Positions 8,504 to 16,377 of a DNA stretch of 64,000 nucleotides are shown here, piece after piece. The notes under the pieces are model-generated. The model made no database searches. It had not been told where the DNA came from and saw nothing but the letters and a program-made list of their open reading frames with translations. The DNA comes from Candidatus Woesebacteria bacterium (GTDB lineage: Bacteria; Patescibacteriota; Microgenomatia; UBA8517). Both the position numbers and the translations under genes were made by a program. Numbering within the stretch: the stretch's first letter is position 1; each line of letters begins with the position of its first letter. Location of the stretch: NCBI GenBank assembly GCA_963716475.1, contig OY970314.1:138479-202478 (forward strand). The letters are read 5' to 3'.

Positions 8504-10341
8504 CAAAAAGAAAAAAGATATTAATCATAGTTGGGGGAGGGACGAAGCACCTTTCTACATTTGGATTGGAGGGTAGAAAACTTGGAATAGATGTAACACT
8601 GGCGTCTTTTTCCGATTTGGAATACGACTTTAAAGGTACCGATAAGGAATTTGCGATTACGGTGAGTGGGAAAGACTTGGCCAATTTCGATGTAATTTAT
8701 TTCAGGTTGGTGGGCAAAAGGTTGGAGGATGCTTCAATTGTTGCAAATTATGCAAAGGGAAAACGAATAAAAATAGTTGACAAAATATACAAAAAATCTC
8801 AATTTATCCGTCTTCCTTTGACTAAGGGTCTGGAAACAAAACTCTTGTTTGAGCAAGGGCTTCCTGTTCCAAGGACATTATTCTTGTCGTTACACGAGAT
8901 GGCAAAAAAAGCTCCGGAGCTGCTTGGTTTCCCGTTTGTTATCAAGGGCACTAACGGTAAACAAGGTCATGCGGTGTGGTTGCCGGAAAGCTTGGGTGAA
9001 TTAAAAAGACTTGTCAAGGATTTGGGCCCTCGCGAAACTTTGGGAGAAAGGTTTCTGGCACAGCAGTTTATAAAAGCTAGTATTAGGATTAGGGTGTTTG
9101 TGATAGGAGGTAAAGCCAGGGCTGCCATCGTGAGACCTACAAGATGGAGAAGCCGATTCGATAGAGGTGAACCTTTAAGATTGAGCTACAAGAAAGTTCC
9201 GTTAAAGTATGCGCAAGTTGCCGAAAAGGCAGCCAAGTCATTGTACATTGATATAGCTGGGGTTGATTTGCTGGAGGATATAGATAAAAAATTATACGTA
9301 CTGGAAGTGAATTCGGCACCGCGTTGGGACTCAATTGAAAAGGATACGGGGTTGAATGTAGAAAGGGAGATTCTCAAGTTTTTAATCACCGTCAAACCTG
9401 AGCGTAAGATATTGATGGATGAGTTTGCCAAAAAGGCTGTTAAGTTTGGATATACCGTCAGAGAGTATCTATCAGATAAAAGAGTTTACGAGGTTTCAAA
9501 AAATGGAAAGATTGCAATAACAATTAGTAAACATTTTCCGCTAAATACAGTCGTAGGGTCTCAACTGGCAAAAAGGAAGAACCTGACAAAACAAATTCTA
9601 AAAAAAGCCGGCATACCGATTCCTAACGGAATTTTAACCGACAACTGGAACGAGGTTTTGCAATCATTAAATACAGGGAAAATCAGTTTTCCTTTAGTTG
9701 CCAAGCCTGATACATCCTCGTTGGGGAAATTTGTCGCTGCAAAAATTGAAGACCCGGCGGATTTAAAAGCAGTTTTCGAAAGAATAAGAAAGAAATTTGG
9801 AACTGTTTTGATAGAGGAATATATTAGTGGGGAAGAATATCGCTTCTTGGTTCTGGATGGTAAAGTCTTGGCCGTTGCCCATAGAATTTTGCCTTTTGTC
9901 ATCAGCGACGGGAAGTCAAAAATTTCGGAGTTAATAGACGGTTATAATAAAGGAAGGATAGAACCTTTGATACTTGGGTATGAGGTGGAGAGAGTCCTTG
10001 GCAAACAGGGATTTGATTACAATAGCATTCCGGAGAGCGGACAAAAAATTCTTCTGAGAAGTAATTCGAATGCCCATACGGGAGGAAAGGTTGAAAATCC
10101 TATCGGTAAAGTTCACTCGAAATATTTTGAGACAGCTATTAAAGCAACGGAAACTTTAGGTTTGAGGTTTTGTGGCGTTGATATTATAACGGAAGATATA
10201 ATGAGTGGAGAGTCCAGATATTTTGTTATCGAGCTTAATGCCGATCCGGGGTATGATTTGCATTGGGAAACTGAAAACGGGGGTAAGTATGATGCTACAG
10301 AAGATATCCTAAATACGTTATTTTCGGACAAATCTGCATAA
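8500..10341 (+). CDS. Tandem double ATP-grasp ligase: N-terminal RimK-like module plus C-terminal cyanophycin-synthetase-N-terminal-like ATP-grasp module
   Basis: Module 1: FPFVIKGTNGKQGHAVW...YVLEVNSAPRW. Module 2: FPLVAKPDTSSLGKFV...ISDGKSKISELIDG...YFVIELNADPG. 4-nt overlap with the upstream gene. Confidence 0.7.
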   Translation: MTKRKKILIIVGGGTKHLSTFGLEGRKLGIDVTLASFSDLEYDFKGTDKEFAITVSGKDLANFDVIYFRLVGKRLEDASIVANYAKGKRIKIVDKIYKKSQFIRLPLTKGLETKLLFEQGLPVPRTLFLSLHEMAKKAPELLGFPFVIKGTNGKQGHAVWLPESLGELKRLVKDLGPRETLGERFLAQQFIKASIRIRVFVIGGKARAAIVRPTRWRSRFDRGEPLRLSYKKVPLKYAQVAEKAAKSLYIDIAGVDLLEDIDKKLYVLEVNSAPRWDSIEKDTGLNVEREILKFLITVKPERKILMDEFAKKAVKFGYTVREYLSDKRVYEVSKNGKIAITISKHFPLNTVVGSQLAKRKNLTKQILKKAGIPIPNGILTDNWNEVLQSLNTGKISFPLVAKPDTSSLGKFVAAKIEDPADLKAVFERIRKKFGTVLIEEYISGEEYRFLVLDGKVLAVAHRILPFVISDGKSKISELIDGYNKGRIEPLILGYEVERVLGKQGFDYNSIPESGQKILLRSNSNAHTGGKVENPIGKVHSKYFETAIKATETLGLRFCGVDIITEDIMSGESRYFVIELNADPGYDLHWETENGGKYDATEDILNTLFSDKSA

Positions 10342-10423
10342 TATAGTTACTCTTCATTCTGTGAAAATATTGTAATTTTCACAATCCAAATATAATACGA
10401 AGGATATATTTTATCCACAAAAA

Positions 10424-10452
10424 ATCCGTCACGTTTAAGACGGATTTTTTGT
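10424..10452. terminator. Bidirectional rho-independent terminator between the ligase gene (+) and rplL (-)
   Basis: aaaATCCGTCacgtttaaGACGGATtttttt: a 7-bp stem with an A-run upstream and a T-run downstream. Confidence 0.6.
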
Positions 10453-10508
10453 TGTAGACCCAAATAAGTTATTTGAATTCTACGGCGTCACCGCCGAGAG
10501 TGAAAGTC

Positions 10509-10922
10509 TTATTTGAGCTCTACAGTTGCTCCAGCTGCTTTCAATTTCTCTGATGCGCTTTTAGCGTCTTCCGCTTTAGCGTCTTTGAGAACTTCAGCCG
10601 GGAGCGTTTCGGTCATTCCTTTCGCATCCATTAAAGTCAGATTGGGATTAATTTCCCTTAAAGCTTTAATAACAGCAATTTTATTTGCACCCGAAACTGT
10701 CATGGTAACTGTTTGGTTAGCACTACCTGCATCAGCTGCTTGGGCTTCCGCCCCTGCCGCCACCGGAGCTGCCACCGCTGCCGCAACGGGCATGGCTCCA
10801 CTAACTCCAAGTTTTTCCTGCAGAGCACTAACTAACTCCGAAAGTTCCAAAACCGAAAGTTTTGCAACTTCCTCAACCATTTTCTCTACTTTTCCCGATA
10901 CTTTTTTTGATTCTTCTGCCAT
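10509..10922 (-). CDS. rplL: 50S ribosomal protein L7/L12
   Basis: N-terminal dimerisation helix, Ala/Val-rich hinge, conserved C-terminal domain (KIAVIKALREI...GATVELK). Confidence 0.9.
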   Translation of the reverse strand: MAEESKKVSGKVEKMVEEVAKLSVLELSELVSALQEKLGVSGAMPVAAAVAAPVAAGAEAQAADAGSANQTVTMTVSGANKIAVIKALREINPNLTLMDAKGMTETLPAEVLKDAKAEDAKSASEKLKAAGATVELK

Positions 10923-10941
10923 ATTAATTCACCTCCTGTCC

Positions 10942-11478
10942 TTACTTTTTGCTGGCCTGATCTAAAACATTTACCAGCTTCTGCAAATTTGCATTCAAAG
11001 TTCCGACCAAGCCATACTCGCTGCCCATCAAGGTTCCAAGCAATTGCCCAAGTAGCGCATCGCGTCCGGGGAGTTTGGAAAGTTTAACCAAAGAAATCTC
11101 GTCCTGGAAAGATCCTTCGACGATGCCGACTTTAAATTTAGGTACAGGCAAGCCGGCTTCACTGACAAACTCACCTGCAAACTTACCCAAAACCTGAATA
11201 GGGGCAATAGGGTCTTCACTTGCAATTATCAAGGCGGTTTGACCGGCAAGTATAGAATCGGTTAAAAGCGCCTTATCAATTCCTACAGATTCTCCGGCAC
11301 GTTTAAGAAGCGTGTTTTTAACGACTATCATTTTTCCACCAACGGCAGAAAGACGTCCTTTTAATTCCTGCTGAGCTTTAACTCCAAGTCCTGAATAATT
11401 AACCAAAGTTACAGACTTGGCACCTTTCAGCTCATCTTTTAAATTGTCTACAAATATTACTTTTTCTGCTTTTAGCAT
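10942..11478 (-). CDS. rplJ: 50S ribosomal protein L10
   Basis: L10-family sequence in the conserved position upstream of rplL. Confidence 0.85.
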   Translation of the reverse strand: MLKAEKVIFVDNLKDELKGAKSVTLVNYSGLGVKAQQELKGRLSAVGGKMIVVKNTLLKRAGESVGIDKALLTDSILAGQTALIIASEDPIAPIQVLGKFAGEFVSEAGLPVPKFKVGIVEGSFQDEISLVKLSKLPGRDALLGQLLGTLMGSEYGLVGTLNANLQKLVNVLDQASKK

Positions 11479-11503
11479 TTATTGATTTAAGTCCAAAAAA
11501 AAC

Positions 11504-11522
11504 GCGCCCCGAGGGCGCTTTT
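11504..11522. terminator. GC-rich hairpin (GCGCCCcgagGGGCGC) with flanking A/T runs in the rplA-rplJ spacer; candidate attenuator of the L10 leader
   Basis: Palindrome plus a T-run on either strand. The position corresponds to the known rplJ leader attenuator of other bacteria. Confidence 0.4.
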
Positions 11523-11963
11523 GAACTTAAAGCGGTGTTTCCTCGGTACGACTTAATTTTACGCGTACTTTCTTAGGACAAGGGAATGATAACTTATTCT
11601 GCCGGTGAAGTCAATCTGTTTTTGGAAGAAGGGGTGTGTGTCTGCCGGTTCTTCTTTCGATCCTTCTTTTCATACGAGATTCTCTTTCCTTGGCTTCGCC
11701 GTTTAGAAATTTCTTGTCCTCGGCCACGGTACTCGTACTGGAAATATTTGTATTGTCGGATTGAGGCGTTTTGGACCAATCAGCCAGAGTGGTCGGCTGT
11801 GAGGGCGTATTTACATGACTTAGAACTTTATCAAGTATTACGCCGTAATCATACTCGTCTCCCTTTTCAGAACTTTCTTTAGAGGTTTTATCTTCGTCAG
11901 AGCCGGTAATAAGATTCTCGGATGACATAGGCGGTCAAATGCTAGCAGAAGAGTGCTTTAAAA

Positions 11964-12758
11964 TCAAACCTTAATCTTTACAGAGGGCCCCATAGTAGCT
12001 TTGATATAGGCTTTATCAATCTGTTTAGCTCTGCCAAAGGCCTTAAAAATCGTTTCTATGTTTTCTGCCAGTTCTTTACCGTCCTGGCTGACTTTGCCGA
12101 CTACGGTATGAATTAGAGGAGCTTCTTTCTCTGTTTTGAGAACTACGGAGCCGGTCGAAAAACCTTGTGCCTTTTTTGCATCAGGTACTAAAGTGCCGTT
12201 TTTAGGATTTGGCATTAGTCCCTTGGGTCCCAAAAGTCTTGCAAAAGGAACAAGCTTTGGCATCATTTCAGTGGTTGCCACCAAAATATCAAAGTCGATT
12301 TTACCGTTTTTAAGTTTTTCAACTGTTTCATCTGTCGCAACTTCAACCTTTTTGGTTTTGCCTGCCTGGTGGGGAAGAGCTACTTGTGCTGAAATACCGG
12401 CCTTTTTAACAATCATATGCAGTTCAACCGTTCCATCAAATTTAGAATAGGAAGTCTCTTTGACAAGTTTAATTGCATCCGTTACAGAATAGACTTTTAT
12501 ATTGTCAAACTTTTTTTTGGATTCTACGTATTTTTTCCCCCTTACCTTTTCGACAATCTTTTTTCCACTGACTTTTTTACCCTCGTCACCTTTGGTTTCG
12601 GTTTCTGTCTCGGTAGGTACCTCGGCCTCAACCATCTTCACTCTTTGGCCACCCTTAAGACCGGCCAAATGAACTTTTTCAGCCTCTGCTTTATGAGCCT
12701 TTTCGCTTTTTTCTTTGTTTTTGTTTTCACCCACCTGGGCGGTTTTCATTTTCCCCAT
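11964..12758 (-). CDS. rplA: 50S ribosomal protein L1 with a ~70-aa Lys/Glu-rich N-terminal extension
   Basis: Core KYVESKKKFDNIKVYSVTDAIKLVKE...LLGPKGLMPNPKNGT matches L1. The preceding residues are KE-rich low complexity. Confidence 0.85.
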   Translation of the reverse strand: MGKMKTAQVGENKNKEKSEKAHKAEAEKVHLAGLKGGQRVKMVEAEVPTETETETKGDEGKKVSGKKIVEKVRGKKYVESKKKFDNIKVYSVTDAIKLVKETSYSKFDGTVELHMIVKKAGISAQVALPHQAGKTKKVEVATDETVEKLKNGKIDFDILVATTEMMPKLVPFARLLGPKGLMPNPKNGTLVPDAKKAQGFSTGSVVLKTEKEAPLIHTVVGKVSQDGKELAENIETIFKAFGRAKQIDKAYIKATMGPSVKIKV

Positions 12759-12761
12759 AAA

Positions 12762-13184
12762 TTAATCTATTGTTACCCCCATACTTCTTGCTGTTCCCTC
12801 CACGATCTTCATAGCGGCATCGATATTTTTTGTGTTAAGGTCAGCCATTTTTTCCTCTGCGATTTTCCTTACTTGCTCCTTAGTCAAAGTTCCTGCAGGT
12901 TCTCTTGGGGCTTTGCCTGATCCTTTTTCGATACCGAGAGCTTTCTTGATCATATCGGAAACGGGAGCTTTTTTAATAACAAAAGTGAAGGATCTGTCTT
13001 CAAAAATGGTGATAACAGCAGGAACAACCTCGCCCTTCATGTCTTTGGTCTTTTCGTTATATTGCTTAACGAAGTCCATAATGGCAACACCATGTTGTCC
13101 CAAGGCTGTTCCCACGGGAGGAGCGGGAGTTGCCACCCCAGCCTGTAAATTGATTTTGACTACCGTTTTAACCTTTTTTGCCAT
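12762..13184 (-). CDS. rplK: 50S ribosomal protein L11
   Basis: [33 protein letters not shown] is a canonical L11 N-terminus. Confidence 0.9.
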   Translation of the reverse strand: MAKKVKTVVKINLQAGVATPAPPVGTALGQHGVAIMDFVKQYNEKTKDMKGEVVPAVITIFEDRSFTFVIKKAPVSDMIKKALGIEKGSGKAPREPAGTLTKEQVRKIAEEKMADLNTKNIDAAMKIVEGTARSMGVTID

Positions 13185-13320
13185 TTATATTTCGGAAGAG
13201 GGTTTTACCCCCTTCCGCCTTTCCCCAAAACAGGGAGTCGACAAACAATCAAACGCAAAGGGAACCCTTTTTTAGAAGTTTCGACTTGCGTCTCCCTCAG
13301 ATAAATCCGAGGTATTGGTA

Positions 13321-13932
13321 TTATACCTTTTGAATTTGTAAGAAATCAAGTTCGACAGGGGTTTCCCTGCCGAAGATTGATACCAAAACCTTAACCTTTC
13401 CTTTTTCCTCGTCCATTTCATGAATTGTTCCCAAAAAATCAGAGAAAGGTCCGTCTGTGATTTTAATAGCTTCTCCAACGGAAAACTTGGTCTTGAACCT
13501 CGGAGCGGGGGAACTTACGAATTTTTGAATGTTTGCAACTTCTGCCTCAGATAGGGGGGTGGGGTTATTACCCGCGCCTACAAATCCGGTAATTCCAGCA
13601 GTTGTTCTTACCGCGAGCCAAGTCGGATCATCCAAAATCATTTTAATTAAAAGATACCCGGGGAAAATTTTTTCCTTGATTGTGGCCTTTTTGCCGCTTC
13701 TGATGATAACTCTGTCTTGGGTTGGAACGAGCATTTCGAAAACTCTACCCACAAGATTCATTGTCTCAACCCTCTGACGCAAGGTTTCCATAACACGAAC
13801 TTCGTGCCCTGAGGAGGTGTGGACCACATACCACTTGGCCTTCGGATCGGTGGTTGCGGCAATAATCATATGTCCCGGGATTTTTTTATTGCCGGTTCCA
13901 CGCTCTGATACTTGTATGGTGTCTTCGCTCAT
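13321..13932 (-). CDS. nusG: Transcription termination/antitermination factor NusG
   Basis: KWYVVHTSSGHEVRV NGN domain and C-terminal KOW (FSVGEAIKITDGPFSDFLGTIHEMD). The start may be the internal Met 21 codons downstream. Confidence 0.85.
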   Translation of the reverse strand: MSEDTIQVSERGTGNKKIPGHMIIAATTDPKAKWYVVHTSSGHEVRVMETLRQRVETMNLVGRVFEMLVPTQDRVIIRSGKKATIKEKIFPGYLLIKMILDDPTWLAVRTTAGITGFVGAGNNPTPLSEAEVANIQKFVSSPAPRFKTKFSVGEAIKITDGPFSDFLGTIHEMDEEKGKVKVLVSIFGRETPVELDFLQIQKV

Positions 13933-13942
13933 GTTCTAAAAA

Positions 13943-14128
13943 TTATTTGGTTATTACCAGGGTTAAAATTCTGGTAAATAGGTAATCAAGACCACCGACA
14001 TAAAGCCCGATGGCCCCCGATATCAAAAAGACGATTAAGGTTAGCCTTACAATCTCGTTCCTTTTGGGCCAGGTAACCTTGGAAAGCTCGCTTCTTACTT
14101 CGGAAAAGAAAGTAATGACAGATTTCAT
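13943..14128 (-). CDS. secE: Preprotein translocase subunit SecE
   Basis: 61-aa single-TM protein with the SecE motif (FFSEVRSELSKVTWP). Conserved secE-nusG order. Confidence 0.8.
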   Translation of the reverse strand: MKSVITFFSEVRSELSKVTWPKRNEIVRLTLIVFLISGAIGLYVGGLDYLFTRILTLVITK

Positions 14129-14170
14129 CTAGGCGTAAATTGTAACAGATATTTAGCCCATAGACAAGGC

Positions 14171-15484
14171 ATGGATTTTGTCGGCTGTGGTATCATATTT
14201 GCACAAATGCCAAACATAGAACGAAAACATGTTCCGGAGATTCCGGGAGTGAAAAAGGGTGGAGAATTTTTTAAGGGAAAGTCCCCAGAGATAGCGGGGC
14301 AGGAATTGGCTTCCCGAAGACGGCTGGAATTTGGTGAAACACCACTCGACCTTTGCTTTGTCGACAATTTTAAAGCGGAATATCTGAATATGCCTGTATT
14401 AGGCAGGGGCGAGGAACCGCTTACAAAAGCAAATTTTTGGGAACCCAGAGTCCACAGGGTTAACGGAAGTGTGATTACTTGGCGTTGGGAAAAGCGAGAT
14501 TCCGAGAGGCGCGATTTTTCCGGTTATACGGCATTCGCTGGTAACAAGATTGATTCAAAATTTAAATATTCGGAAATTCCGGTTAGTTGGAAAGTTGCCG
14601 TACTTGTTCCTCAGGTAGTCAAAGACGGAATTGAGGCTGCCATGCGTCAACAAGACGAGATTGCCCATGACTACCGTGCAGGTGTCGGCCCCGAAGCGGA
14701 TCGCGTAGACGAGACTTTTGATCTACTTTTTAACATAAGTGCTGTTTTTGCTGCCGGAGAAATCGAAGATCAATCAAAGTTAAACCTAAAAGCACGAGAG
14801 GCGGAATCCGTTTTAAGAGACAACGGTTTATTGGAAAGCAAAGATGAGATATGGAGACGTATTGTCAATTTTACACTTGATGCTACAAAAGAGGATCGTA
14901 TGGGTAGGATAAACCCCCTTGTATCACGTGTCCGGACGAGAGCAGCTTTTCTGGCCGCAACCGAAAGAGAAATGATCGGGAGGAGTGTTGGAACCAAAGC
15001 CGAGAAAGTATACCAACATCTGGCAATAATTAGATCCGGAATACGGGCGAAAATGCAAATGGCCGTAGATACCCTTGATGATATCTATGGTCTAACAAGA
15101 AGAAGAGTCGCTAAAGATATTGCCATGCGGGAGAGAAAAATTACCTGTTCAACCGAAGAGTCTTTAGATCTGGAACAATATGCGTTGACAGTTGCAAATG
15201 AAGTTTTACGAGGAATCCAACCCGCACCATATTTAGTTCCGGTTACAGCGGCCAGAATTATCCTGGCGGGAGAAAAGGCATATAAAAATGGGCAGGAGGA
15301 AATTACTGTTAGGCGGATTCTGGGGGGGAATGATTATATTAAATTTTTAAACGACTCGGCAGCCAGACAGGCGAGAGAACGTAAACCATTAGTTGTCGAA
15401 CCAAGGGTACGTCTTGCCCATGACATTCTTAAACAAAGTCTTAACGATCCGAGAACAACAGATTTAAAAGTTTTTGATAGATGA
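14171..15484 (+). CDS. Hypothetical soluble protein, 437 aa, no recognisable domain
   Basis: Long uninterrupted ORF with coding-like composition. Divergent from secE. No motif I can assign. Confidence 0.5.
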   Translation: MDFVGCGIIFAQMPNIERKHVPEIPGVKKGGEFFKGKSPEIAGQELASRRRLEFGETPLDLCFVDNFKAEYLNMPVLGRGEEPLTKANFWEPRVHRVNGSVITWRWEKRDSERRDFSGYTAFAGNKIDSKFKYSEIPVSWKVAVLVPQVVKDGIEAAMRQQDEIAHDYRAGVGPEADRVDETFDLLFNISAVFAAGEIEDQSKLNLKAREAESVLRDNGLLESKDEIWRRIVNFTLDATKEDRMGRINPLVSRVRTRAAFLAATEREMIGRSVGTKAEKVYQHLAIIRSGIRAKMQMAVDTLDDIYGLTRRRVAKDIAMRERKITCSTEESLDLEQYALTVANEVLRGIQPAPYLVPVTAARIILAGEKAYKNGQEEITVRRILGGNDYIKFLNDSAARQARERKPLVVEPRVRLAHDILKQSLNDPRTTDLKVFDR

Positions 15485-16146
15485 TGACTTACCCCGATTT
15501 TATTTACGAAAACCGTCTTCGGAAGCAAGGTTATAAATTTATTGCAGGAGTGGATGAAGTGGGGAGAGGTTGTTTCGCAGGACCTGTTGTGGCTGGCTGT
15601 GTGATTTTTCCGTCGGATTCCAAATTCCGAATACCGGATCCTGCTTTGATCAATGATTCAAAGAAGCTTACTTCGAGACGAAGGGTAATTGCTGATAAGT
15701 GGATTAGGAAAAACGCTGCCGCTTTTGGAATAGGTCAAGCAAGTGTTAGTCAAATAAACAGGCTGGGTATTAAAAAGGCTAGCGAGATTGCTTTTCGGAA
15801 AGCAATAAAAAACACCGGTGTCGAAATAAATTATCTTTTAATTGATGCTTTCTATATCCCGTACGTTAAAGATCTTAGACGGAAAAACCAAAAGCCGATT
15901 GTTAAAGGGGATACAAAGTCAGTTTCAATTGCGGCTGCGTCGATTATAGCCAAGGTCTATAGGGACGATTTAATGACAAGGTTGGGTCGGCAATCTAAAT
16001 TCAGGAAATATAGATGGGGTAAAAACAAAGGCTATGGTACATTGGAACACAGGGTTGCCATCAAAAAATACGGGTCGACTCGCCAGCACAGAAAACAGTT
16101 TGTGGATACTTGGATTAGAAATTTCTCTTCTTCTCAAGCTCGATAG
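15481..16146 (+). CDS. rnhB: Ribonuclease HII
   Basis: GVDEVGRGCFAGPVVAGCV catalytic motif. Confidence 0.85.
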   Translation: MMTYPDFIYENRLRKQGYKFIAGVDEVGRGCFAGPVVAGCVIFPSDSKFRIPDPALINDSKKLTSRRRVIADKWIRKNAAAFGIGQASVSQINRLGIKKASEIAFRKAIKNTGVEINYLLIDAFYIPYVKDLRRKNQKPIVKGDTKSVSIAAASIIAKVYRDDLMTRLGRQSKFRKYRWGKNKGYGTLEHRVAIKKYGSTRQHRKQFVDTWIRNFSSSQAR

Positions 16147-16309
16147 AGTGGGCGATGCGGTATTTGGCTTCTTTTCTTTTTTCTGCGGGCTTTTTGTAGT
16201 GCTCGCGGTCTCTATATTCCTGCATAACGCCCTCCACGATGGTTTTTTTACGAAACCTCGCGATTAATTTGTCTTCGGATTCTCCTTTTTTCTTTCTTAA
16301 TATAAACAT
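16115..16309 (-). CDS. rpsU: 30S ribosomal protein S21
   Basis: 64 aa, basic, with the bS21 pattern (REHYKKPAEKRKEAKYRIA). Confidence 0.75.
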   Translation of the reverse strand: MFILRKKKGESEDKLIARFRKKTIVEGVMQEYRDREHYKKPAEKRKEAKYRIAHSIELEKKRNF

Positions 16310-16377
16310 TAGTAATAAGTCGCCTCCTTTCCGCTTGCAGCGCTATTTTACCAATATTGTCCAACTAAATGAAGTAC

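Noticed and set aside
10513-10965. 150-aa plus-strand ORF fully antisense to rplL
   Set aside because: Ala/Ser-rich translation is the mirror of the L7/L12 hinge; rplL on the opposite strand is unambiguous.
11586-11882. 98-aa plus-strand ORF in the rplA-rplJ spacer
   Set aside because: Cys/Phe/Tyr-rich implausible translation, on the strand opposite to the ribosomal operon. The region is more likely a structured leader.
12136-13275. Three plus-strand ORFs (12136-12450, 12417-12920, 12832-13275) overlapping rplA and rplK
   Set aside because: They are antisense to highly conserved ribosomal protein genes. Their low-complexity Phe/Leu-rich translations are typical of shadow ORFs.
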